Shown here: positions 42,403 to 52,724 of the stretch, one piece after another
Position numbering within the stretch: position 1 is the stretch's first letter
How the letters are laid out: the number at the start of each line of letters is the position of its first letter
NCBI GenBank assembly: GCA_951406725.2
Contig: OX597817.1
Location: forward strand, 32,302,001-32,366,000
Source of the DNA: Octopus vulgaris
Lineage: Eukaryota
Direction of reading: 5' to 3'
DNA: 64,000 bases
The notes under the pieces: generated by a model
The model's database searches: none
What the model was told of the DNA's origin: nothing
The model's input: the letters and a program-made list of their open reading frames with translations, nothing else
Position numbers and translations under genes: made by a program

Positions 42403-43278
42403 AAACAAATAAATATGAATAAATCATCAAAAAGTTACTTAGTTTTTTCAGGGGGAAATAACTTACTGTAAAGCAATATGTTAATACTTTTTATGGATTC
42501 ATACTTTCAAAAGAATACAAGAACGGGAGATACATAATTTTACAATAGAAATTTACTAAGTATGATAGTCTACGATAAATATTCGTATAAGAAAACCATG
42601 AATACTTATCATAATAATATAATTATATTATTATAATAGAATTATTATATGTTATAAGTTTTGTTTATGTACCAATATATTTTTATTTATTTATACTAAT
42701 TATTACATAAAATAAATAAATAAATAAAAAACAAAAATTTACTTAGTTTTTCAGAGACCACAGTAGACCACAGTAAATCAATGTTTATAATTTTATTCAT
42801 TCATGCTTTCGTTTTTAATTACTTTAAGGTCTACTATAAAGTTATTTGTATATTATCAAATTTAGTTTAAATGCTTATAATTACTCAAGATTAAATAAAA
42901 TATGTGAACTATTATTTGCCACTTAAATGTGGCTAACCACTAAGGGTGGATGCTACAACCGATGTAGCTCGTAGCCCCAGAAGAACATCTTCTCCAAGAC
43001 TATTGGCACACTTTCTGTGCCCTATCAGTATTTGCAAAGGGAAACCATCCTTCCCATCGTCGACCTGACGTGATACGCACGGACCCGGGTTTCTGAATAT
43101 TTATACCTCGTTCAGAGATTTATTAAATAAACAAATAAATATGAATAAATCATCAAAAAGTTACTTAGTTTTTTCAGGGGGAAATAACTTACTGTAAAGC
43201 AATATGTTAATACTTTTTATGGATTCATACTTTCAAAAGAATACAAGAACGGGAGATACATAATTTTACAATAGAAAT
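42403..43278. repeat. 150-bp direct duplication (42403-42552 and 43129-43278)
   Basis: Apparently identical blocks aaacaaataaatatgaataaatc...ttttacaatagaaat. Confidence 0.9.
43082..43115 (-). ncRNA. Degenerate hammerhead related to 30859-30901
   Basis: Minus strand reads CTGA--A-cgag gtataaata ttca-GAAAC-ccgg-GTC. Helix III is the palindrome ACCCGGGT. The core lacks 2 nt and the 5' stem I strand is lost. Confidence 0.45.
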
Positions 43279-43677
43279 ATTCGTATATGTATAATTATTT
43301 AAAATTTTAAACATATGTAATATACTGATTTAAACTTACGAATCAGTCAGCTCCAATAAAATATTTTTTTCAAAATTCAATTACATCAAAAATGTCAATC
43401 ACGTCATAAAGATGGGTACAAACAAGAAAAACTGCGTTCATATCATCATCAATAACGTTAGAATTTTACCACATTCTGTATCTATAAATTAATTCGATTA
43501 CTTACCAATTTATTTAGTTATTTATATTCCTTAAGTGATTATCCATTAAGTAACATGTATATAAATTCAAATACATATAGATATATACACATATACATAT
43601 ACACATGCGCACAAACACACACACATATATATACACATACACATACGTATATATACACACACATATACATACACACA

Positions 43678-43722
<45 letters not shown>

Positions 43723-43872
43723 GACATACATCATATATATGCGAGTATACATTTACCTATGTATACAAAATAATAATAATAATGATGATGATGATAATAA
43801 TAATAATAACAACAACAACAGCAACAACAACAACAATAACAACAACAACAGCAACAACAACAACAATAACAA

Positions 43873-43908
<36 letters not shown>

Positions 43909-43910
<2 letters not shown>

Positions 43911-44464
43911 GCCCTGATGCAGTACCAGGCAGTGGCTCTCATGGCTTCTGATCTTAACTGATTGGAAGTGTTATCATGTACATTGTTTTGTCTTGGTATA
44001 AAAGATGGGCTACAGCAAATATTCTGCTCAATACCACAGATTTGCTTGTCAGTTGTTTGACCTTAACCAGTTGAGCATGTCCCTTAGTGGCTGACGATAT
44101 GTGCATCTCTGATCACGAGCAGAAGTAGTGGGGGAGCATCATAGCCATGTGTTGAGAGGGATGCTTTGGGGTTTGAATAGTTCACCTCTGGAAACATGGG
44201 TGGTTCTTTCAACATCCTTAAACAACCCTTATTCGGGGACCGTTTGAGCGGGATGGGCTACTCAACCTGAAGAAAATTCAAACTGGGCCCCACCTGCAAG
44301 GTCATGTGCTGTTTATCTTGATATGAGATCACCATGTCGCGCACATATGATTGTGATGCATGTGCCTGGTGTACCTTTATCAGACGGGTAGTCATGATGG
44401 GTATATTGGGCTTCGTATATTTTACCCCAGTGTCACTTTGATGGCATGAACTGCTCTCTCACTC
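43909..44464. mobile_element. GC-richer insert of about 555 bp within an (AAT)n microsatellite
   Basis: Sharp boundaries with (AAT)n on both sides and no long ORF. Confidence 0.65.
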
Positions 44465-44530
<66 letters not shown>

Positions 44531-44619
44531 TTAACAAATAAATAATTATTCTTTCACATATGCACATATATATATATATATACACCTATATACTTCCCCA
44601 TAATATTCACATAAATATA

Positions 44620-45313
44620 TCTTCTCTATTAATAAATCTGAGGTGCTAAAAACTTGTTTCTCTGGTTTTGACATTGGAACGGGTTAAAGAGCGCTAAATG
44701 CGGTCGGATTCGCTCCAAAATTTACAGGGACATGTAAAAAAAGGCGAAGATGTGAGTGGGCTAGGTTAGAAATCCCTATCTCAAAATCTGTAGTTACTAG
44801 GGTAAAAAACCCACACTTTGACAAGTGTTTGTCGTTTCTCTCTTTTTCATATCTGCCTGCTTTCCTCCGTCTCTCGCTCTTTCCTCTCTTACCTCCACTT
44901 TCTCTCTATAACGACGTTTGACAGCCTCCACTATCTTTCCCCCGCCACCTTCGCCAGCTCTGTCACTCTTTTTTCCACATTCTCTCTCTCCCTCTCCCTC
45001 TCTCTCTCTCTCTTTCTCTCTCTACGTCTGTCTGCACTTTCTCTCTATAACTTTCTTTCAATAACGACGTTTGACAGCTTCGGCGTCTCTCTGTCACTCT
45101 TTCTTCCACCACCTCTCACTATACTTCTGCCTGTCTCTATCTATAGAGAGAAAGCGTGACAGTAGCAACAGTTTAAATATTCCCGTCTTTTAGAACGGTA
45201 AATTATTATCGCCCACCACCATCGCACAATCATAACAGATATTATTAATCAGATATATTGGGTTAATTTATATATATATATGTGTGTGTGTGTAAATATA
45301 TATATGTGTATAC

Positions 45314-45351
<38 letters not shown>

Positions 45352-46700
45352 GTGTGTGTGCATATATATAAAGTGTATATATTTGTATATATGTGTGTAG
45401 ATATATATATGTAGACATGTATATATAATGCGTATATATGTACATATTTAATGCGTATGTATATATATATTTATATATATAATGTGTGCATATGTGATCG
45501 GATTCAGCTGAAAATACGCATACCTATGTTAAAAGTGCAAGCGAGTTTGCATGGCAATTTTCAGTTTGCTCAATTGAAAGGCATCGTCTCTAGGGCAAAA
45601 TTCCTCATCTTTTAAAATGTGGTCCTCGTACACCCGAATGAAATCGGATTATAATGCCGAAACAAGTAAAACAATAATAAACTATTTTAATCCCGAGCAA
45701 GGCCCGGTATATCTGTCTAATCTATAAAATGAAAAAGGCGAACGTTGATACAAATTGGATTTTTATGTAAAAAGGGCTCTAAATGGGGCTGGAAGGGGAT
45801 TAAAAGTTACAGGAGGGGATAACTTGACGTGGGAAATTGATTGGGAGACGTTGGTGGGGAGGGCTACAGTGGTTGCTTTGGTGTGAAAACTGGGATTTTA
45901 TTGATGTTGCGGGACACTTGGGGATCTAGATCGGACACCTTTTGCCCGATTTCAATCAAATTTTGAACATGGTAAAGTGGAAGCGGATTTGTAATTTAAA
46001 CGCGGAAATCTAATTTTTTTATAAATGGAAGAGAGATAGATAGAGAAAGATAAAGAGTAAGAGAAGGCGAGGGAGAGTTGAGTGAAAGGAAGAGTAAGAG
46101 AATGGGAAAGTGAGAAAGGAGAGAGAAACAAAAAGGGAGAATGTGGTGATAAGAAACAGAAAGGAAGCAACCGAAAGTAACAACCACACCCTCACCCGCG
46201 CGTAGAGCGGGTCACCTTAAGCTAGTCTCTATATTAAAAATCTGAAATTTATGTTTTCTTTTGACACATTCTACCAGCATACGAAGTTTCAAATTATTTA
46301 GTTAAGTAGAAAATTCTGTCCATCTTTTAGAAGAGATCCCTATTTTTTTCCTCAAATGAAAGGCGTGACCTCTACGACAAAATTCCTCATCTTTTAAAAT
46401 GTGGCCCGAGTAGACCCGAATGAAATCGGGTTATATTAACCAAACAAGTAAAACGATGAAAAACTATACAATTTTAATCCCGAGCATAGCTGCGTATCTC
46501 TGTAGGTCTACTGCATATTTGTGAAAAGGGCGGACGTTGTCTCACAAGCAGTTATACAGGCAAGTGTGTTAGTAAATATGGTCGGATTGGGCAGAAAAGT
46601 TGCACACCTACGTTAAATGGTTAGCGAGTTTGCATGGTAACTTTGAGTTTGCTCAATTGAAAGGTGTGGCCTCTAGGGTAAAATTCCTCATCAATCGTCG
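44620..46700 (+). mobile_element. Head-to-tail cluster of non-autonomous Helitron-like units
   Basis: 5' TC starts at 44620, 45721, 46226 and about 46507. A 3' hairpin ACCCGC..GCGGGT plus CTAG ends at 46225. Degenerate hairpin ends occur at about 45692-45720 and 46479-46506. Confidence 0.7.
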
Positions 46701-46828
46701 AAAATTCCCAAAATAAGTACTAAATTTAACAAAGAAATCCTTTTTCTCCTTATTTTTAATCGCTCGAATAGTGGCACGTACAAAAGGCAAGTGTGCTTTC
46801 CGTTGTCACTGCCTGATATTTATGATTT

Positions 46829-46940
46829 TCTTGTAGAAATAAATCCATAAGTACTTAGGTTCAATCCTGCGTAAATCCATGTGGGTTAAAGTACACATGA
46901 ATTTACGTAGGATTGCACCTAAGGACTTATTTCTACAAGA
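46829..46940. repeat. Imperfect hairpin
   Basis: 37-bp arms ataagtacttaggttcaatcctgcgtaaatccatgtg / cacatgaatttacgtaggattgcacctaaggacttat (4 mismatches), plus outer tcttgtagaaataa / ttatttctacaaga. Confidence 0.85.
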
Positions 46941-47279
46941 TCGGATGGTTGAACTGTGAACTTTTATGCTTCTTTTGTCTTCCCTTTCTTCATACTCTCT
47001 TTTACTCTTTTACTTGTTTCAGTCATTTGACTGCGACCATGCTGGAGCACAACCTTTAGTCGAGCAACTCGACCCCGGGACTTATTCTTTTGTAAGCCCA
47101 GTACTTATTCTATCGGTCTCTTTTGCCGAACCGCTAAGTAACGGGGACATAAACACACCAGCATCGGTTGTCAAGCAATGCTAGGGGGACAAACACAGAC
47201 ACACAAACACACACACGCTTGTGTCGTCTCTGTGGTGTTTCATGTTCTTGTCCATGTCTGTAATTATTTTTACTGTTTA

Positions 47280-47315
<36 letters not shown>

Positions 47316-47412
47316 GGAGTAAACACATAAATGTGAAACAAGGTGGAAAAAAGAGTACTCAAATACCAGTGGTAGAGTAATATGCTTTATTTTAAGCAGC
47401 AGAAAATTCAAC

Positions 47413-47459
47413 AAAATCTGTTACTCTGAGTTTCTCGTTGCCGTTCATCAGACAGTTTT
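47413..47459 (-). ncRNA. Type I hammerhead ribozyme, mirror copy
   Basis: Exact reverse complement of 47468-47514. Confidence 0.78.
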
Positions 47460-47467
47460 TGCTAGCA

Positions 47468-47514
47468 AAAACTGTCTGATGAACGGCAACGAGAAACTCA
47501 GAGTAACAGATTTT
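47468..47514 (+). ncRNA. Type I hammerhead ribozyme
   Basis: aaaaCTGT-CTGATGA-a CG GCAA CG a-GAAA-CTC a GAG-TA^ACAGatttt. Canonical core, GNRA-capped stem II and GUA site, with predicted cleavage at 47505/47506. Confidence 0.78.
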
Positions 47515-47541
47515 GTTGAATTTTCTGCTGCTTAAAATAAA

Positions 47542-47596
<55 letters not shown>

Positions 47597-47917
47597 TGTG
47601 TGTGTTTGTGTGTCTGTGTTTGTCCCCCTAGCATTGCTTGACAACCGATGCTGGTGTGTTTATGTCCCCGTTATATATATACATATATACGACGGGCTTC
47701 TTTCAGTTTCCGTCTACCAAATCCACTCACAAGGCTTTGGTCGGCCCGAGGCTATAGCAGAAGACACTTGCCCAAGATGCCACGCAGTGGGACTGAACCC
47801 GGAACCATGTAGTTGGTAAACAAGCTACTTACCACACAGCCACTCATCTCCTCATTCCTTTACTCTTGTCCTCTATGTCATTTTATTAATCTATACCCTT
47901 CTCATTTTCCCTATTTC

Positions 47918-47971
47918 TCTCCGATGACGGAATACTCCATACTCTGGGATATCCCAGAAACAGCTGTAAGA
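47918..47971 (+). ncRNA. Hammerhead-like motif with branched stem II
   Basis: TCT-CCGATGA-cGGA atac TCC atactc TGGGAT ATCCCA-GAAAC-agct-GTA^AGA. The core has U>C. It shares GAAACAGCTGTAAGA with 41221-41299. Confidence 0.5.
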
Positions 47972-48043
47972 CTTTGAATTTTTTCCAATAATGTATATGA
48001 CTTGAGATGTTTGCCTTGCCTTAACGTTAGTTGTCCTCTTTAA

Positions 48044-48133
<90 letters not shown>

Positions 48134-48135
<2 letters not shown>

Positions 48136-49388
48136 GGGTCATCAAATTAATAATGCGTGTTTTTATACTTTTTATATTTCAAAATTAAAACAATGTTCTT
48201 TTTTAATCTAAGATATACTCCATTTTTTACAATGCTCTTCCATCTATCTTGTAGATTTGCAAGGCCTCTCTTCCAAAATTCACTTGTCCGTAACGAAAAA
48301 TACTCCTCCAGTACTGTTCTGACCTCGTCTACAGAATTCGTATTTTTTCTGTCCAAATGATTTTGAAGACTGCGGAATAAAGGATAATCAGATGGGGCAA
48401 TGTCCGATAAATATGGTGGGTGGGGCATCGTATTCCATTCAAACTACTCCAGCCTTTGGAATGTCATCCTCGCTGTATATGGTCAAGATTATCCTGATGG
48501 AAAAATACCTTTTGTCTTGAAACCAAAGATGGTCGTTTTTCTTCTAGCACTGACTTAAGCCGCTCAAGCTGCTCGCAGCAGATCTCCTTTGTTATCGTTT
48601 GGTTTGAGTTTATAAGTTCAAAGTGGACTAAACCTTTCATATGCCACCAAACAGATAACAACACCTAACGTGTGTGAAGGCCTGGAGTGGCGGTATTTCT
48701 CCTTTCCCTACCCACTGTTTTCGGTGTTTGACATTTTTATAGAGAGCCCATTTCTTGTCACCAGTCACTATTCGGTCCAAAAAAACAGGTTCATTCGTGA
48801 GATGTGACAGCAAAGAAGAGCACACATTCACTCTCTGCGCAAGATTAGACTCGGAAAGTTTGTGAGGAACCCATTGACCCAATTTGCTGTCTTTTCCGAT
48901 GGCACGCAGGTCTCAATGAATGGTTGAATGACCAAATCCAAACTTCTATGCTAGTTCCTCAACAATTACAATGGGATTTTGTTCCACCAGGGTTTGCAGG
49001 ACGTCCTCGTCGGGCTCCACCAGGACGAGGCTCGTCTTCTAGGCTGTAGTTTCCGGCTCGGAATTTCTGGAACCACCATTGACACTGGCTTATGCTTATT
49101 GTCCGATCCCCATATACTGATTTAATATTCCTCGCACTTTCCGTTGCGTTATTACCTTTATTGAACTCGTAAAGCAAAATCTGCCGAATATGTTCCTTTG
49201 TCACTTCCATTATAGCTTTGAAAAAATAACTGTTAAAATCGAACTGCACTCTTCGAAACTTGCACTAAGAATAATGACAAGGTAAAATTACTACCTGCTT
49301 TTACAGCAAGTTGATCCGGGTAGTTTATCCCTCCTCCTCCAACTTTTAGTTCATGCAATTGAAAAACCGCATTATTTATGGGGCCCCA
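48134..49388 (-). mobile_element. Full-length decayed mariner element (transposase pseudogene, about 49210 to 48147)
   Basis: Frameshifted ORFs carry MEVTKEHIR...LYEF, WFQKFRAG, LEDEPRPG, WVPHKL, IVTGDKKW, FFHQDN and HPPYLSDIAPSDY (mariner DD34D motifs). Degenerate TIRs are ttgggtcatcaaattaataatgcgtgtttt / aaaaccgcattatttatggggcccca. Confidence 0.93.
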
Positions 49389-49959
49389 GCATGGCCGCAG
49401 CTTTGTGCTGAAACCGATAAAAGAATATATAAGCGCGAGTGGGGTGTACAGCTGCAGACGAACAACAATATTCCTCGTAAATACGAAAATTTCTTCAAAT
49501 GAATTCATAGAAATATTGAAAAAAAAAAACACATTAAGACGCAACAGATATATTTTAACATATTCCGATTGCCTGGAAAATAAATGTTGGGATGGTCATA
49601 GGTGGACTGCCTTTGATCATGGGTGGTCGAGTTAGCACACAGCACCTCTTTTGGTGAAGATGTATCTTGGTAGTTATTATTGTTGCTGGTCAGCTCTGAT
49701 CCAGCAAAACCGATAATAAAAAAACATTCCATCCTTAGTCATCCTGTCTTTTATTTTCTCTTATGTAAAAAGTTCTTGAGAATATAGGAAGTAACGCGTC
49801 GTTTCACACATACCAGTCCTCTTTTTAAAAAATACACAATTTCGAATATCTTCCAAACCAATAGGAAAAGGCTATGATTATTTTCTCATTAACGTCAACT
49901 TGATATGTATCTGCCTTTCTTTTTATTTAAACTAATTCATATATTCTATTTCATATATA

Positions 49960-50349
49960 TATATTTCTTTACTACCCACAAGGGGCTAAACCAGGGGACA
50001 AACAAGGACAGACAAAGGGATTAAGTCGATTACATCGACCCAAGTGCGTAACTGGTACTCAATTTATCGACCCCCGAAAGGATGAAAGGCAAAGTCGACC
50101 TCGGTGGAATTTGAACTCAGAACGTAACGGCAGACGAAATACGGCTACGCATTTCGCCCGGCGTGCTAACGTTTCTGCCAGTTCGCCGCCTTCTAAGAGT
50201 CAGTAGAAGTTCGCCATTACCTTCTGCTGGAGCCGCGTGGAGCTTAGGTGTTTTGCTCATAAACACACACATCACCCGGTCAGAGACTCAAACCCGCGAT
50301 CCCTCGACCGCAAGTCCGCGGCTCTAACCACTAGGCCATGTGCCTCCAC
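49960..50349 (-). mobile_element. Composite SINE (family C-like head plus family B) bounded by one 18-bp TSD
   Basis: TATTCTATTTCATATATA at 49942-49959 and 50350-50367. Confidence 0.85.
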
Positions 50350-50374
50350 TATTCTATTTCATATATAGTACATA

Positions 50375-50570
50375 CGAGGGGTTGCTGAAAAATTCCTGGC
50401 TTTGGATGAAATAAAATACAGGAAGGTAAGTTAATTGTGATTATACACCTCTCAGATTCACAGACTTATTGCAGCTGCCCTTCACTTTTTCTATGCCCTG
50501 TAAAAGAACTGATCTCTAACCAGGCCTTTCGCGACAACCTTAAGGCCAGGAACTTTTCGGCACCCCCTCG
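50375..50570. mobile_element. Mariner-type MITE
   Basis: TIRs CGAGGGGTTGCTGAAAAATTCCTGGC / GCCAGGAACTTTTCGGCACCCCCTCG with TA TSD. Confidence 0.85.
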
Positions 50571-51764
50571 TATATAATACAAAACTACATTAAGATACAA
50601 ATCCAAAACCGAAGAAAACACAAACATGAGCGAAGAAAGAAAAAAGAGAAAAAAAAGAGGAAAAAAGGAAAAAAGAGGAAGAAAGAAAAAGAGGAAGGAA
50701 AAAAGAGAGAGTCCCTCTGTTATGTAAAATACTTGTTTTTTAGTATTTATAATAACGAAATTTATGTATTAATGTAGCTGTTGTTAAAATTAATTTTTTA
50801 ACAGAAGTAGTGGGCGTTGCGCTTACCCCATCGCGGAAACTTGGCAGCAACGTTAATACTTTACCGTGTTGGAGATAACTATAATTCCACGTGCGAGAAT
50901 CAGCGCACAATTTGTTTATCTGTTGTTTTCCTTCGTATTGATTAAACTAATTTTTTTCCTGATAAAATTTCGAGATTACTCTATGATAAAGTGTCAATTC
51001 ATAAAATTTATATTTATGTCTACGAGAACAAGAAAAAAAAAAAAAATTAGGTTTTTACCGCTGTTGCGGTTGTCTTTATTGAGAATATACAACACCTATT
51101 CTTCTTTTTACTGTGTTTTCTACCAAATTTTATTGATCAAATTAATTTTTTCCCCTAACAAAGTTTTAAGATTACGATAACGTATCAATATTTATAAAAT
51201 TTATGGTTGTGATTATCCCTAACTTCTCACAGGAAAAAGTTTAACATTAATATCTGTGATAAAATTAGCAGATTATTCCACAGGGAAATATCAATATTCC
51301 TAAAATTAATAGTTATACCAACGAGAAAAAGAAATAGTGGGAGTTAATTTGATCTTGTGCGTTGTTACGCAATATTTGCTGTCATAAAAGAATACTGGAT
51401 TTTCAGGGACTAATAAAGATTCCCTGAATTTTTGCCAAAACTAGAATTTTAGTTATGAATTAGCGTAGATTTAGTGTGTATGTGTTTTATCAGCTGGATC
51501 GGGTGCTTACACACTATTTTCCGTTTTCGTACTGTTAATAAACTACTGGTTTAAAGAATTGTAGCAAGCTCGAATGATCCATTTAAAGCTTTTCACACTT
51601 TAAATAGTTATTTATATAGTTATGAAAGATTTTAGGCAAGTTTTTAATAGTGAAGCAGACGAAAACTACAAGATTTGGGAGGTAGAAAAAGGGTGAGTAG
51701 ACTTCATGGGGAGATAACTCTTATATGACTGGTTATTTAAAATAAAATAAAAAGTCGTCGAAAT

Positions 51765-52724
51765 ATGGCAGTCCCAAAAGGAGAAAGCCTCAGTTCTCAA
51801 ATACAGAGTCGAAAACCACCTAAGAAACTGCCCACACAGAGGAAAGCAAGTAATACCAGTGGCAAGATGCCTGTTTTAGCTCAGCCAATACATGTCGGAC
51901 ATTTTCTACTTATGGTTGTCATGAAGCTGTGTCGCAAAGTTTTGCTCATGGATATCTCCGTTAAAATCGGTATCTATGTCGTTGGTGTCTTCGTTGCTTC
52001 TGTGATAGCTGATTTGTTTGTTGTACCACCAATGTATTTCTCTCGGAGGGATAATTTATTAAACCTCTTCTTCGTTAATTTCGGTTGGATATGGACTGTG
52101 CTGATGCTATCAGCTTTTATATCGCTAACGAGTTACGTATACACTGGGTGCAACGTGAATTTGGTTAAAAAGCATTTATTGCGCTTAGCTATTGCCACCT
52201 TTTGGTGGTACGTTTGTACAACCGCTTTTGATCATATGGCTCAGAGGACAGGTATCTGCACTGAAATTAAGCTGACTACTAGGCATAAATGCAAAGAAGC
52301 CGGTAGAGTTTGGCTTGCATTCGATGTATCCGGCCATGTGTTTTTACTGACACATAACTTGTTAACCATCGTAGAAGAATGTCGGGTTTTCAAAGACTGG
52401 AAGAGATTACGCGAACTTTTACAGAATCCTGATGTTCAACAGATGCGGAAAGTAAGTTCTGAGGAAGTTAATTTGTCTAAGGATGCCAACGAAAAGTTAA
52501 CCCCTTATATTAAGGCGGCCGTCATTATGTTGACTTTCTTTACACTTGTTTGGGAATTTATGTTGCTAATCACCAGTGTTTACCGGTTCCATTCTCTTGC
52601 CGAGAAAGTTGCCGCTTCGATGGTGTCTGTGATATGTTGGTTTATTAGTTACCGTATCATTTATCCTAATTATTCGCATACTATTCCTTATCCTGGACAA
52701 ACTCCCTTTCGTTACATGACCTAA
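51765..52724 (+). CDS. FITM2: Fat storage-inducing transmembrane (FIT/Scs3p family) acyl-CoA diphosphatase, single-exon ORF, 319 aa
   Basis: Uninterrupted ORF with about 6 hydrophobic segments. Family motifs are YFSRRDNLLNLFFVNFGWIWT, the luminal Cys pair (TGIC...CKEAGRVW), FDVSGHVFLL (catalytic His and FLL) and WEFMLLITSVYRFHS (second His). Confidence 0.93.
   Translation: MAVPKGESLSSQIQSRKPPKKLPTQRKASNTSGKMPVLAQPIHVGHFLLMVVMKLCRKVLLMDISVKIGIYVVGVFVASVIADLFVVPPMYFSRRDNLLNLFFVNFGWIWTVLMLSAFISLTSYVYTGCNVNLVKKHLLRLAIATFWWYVCTTAFDHMAQRTGICTEIKLTTRHKCKEAGRVWLAFDVSGHVFLLTHNLLTIVEECRVFKDWKRLRELLQNPDVQQMRKVSSEEVNLSKDANEKLTPYIKAAVIMLTFFTLVWEFMLLITSVYRFHSLAEKVAASMVSVICWFISYRIIYPNYSHTIPYPGQTPFRYMT

Larger units (their letters stand above)
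47385..47542. repeat. 158-bp perfect palindrome
   Basis: Checked base by base. It is centred on GCTAGC (47461-47466) with no spacer. Confidence 0.97.
46995..47824 (-). mobile_element. SINE family A interrupted by a hammerhead-bearing insertion
   Basis: Tail half at 46995-47218 and head half at about 47674-47824. Confidence 0.85.
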
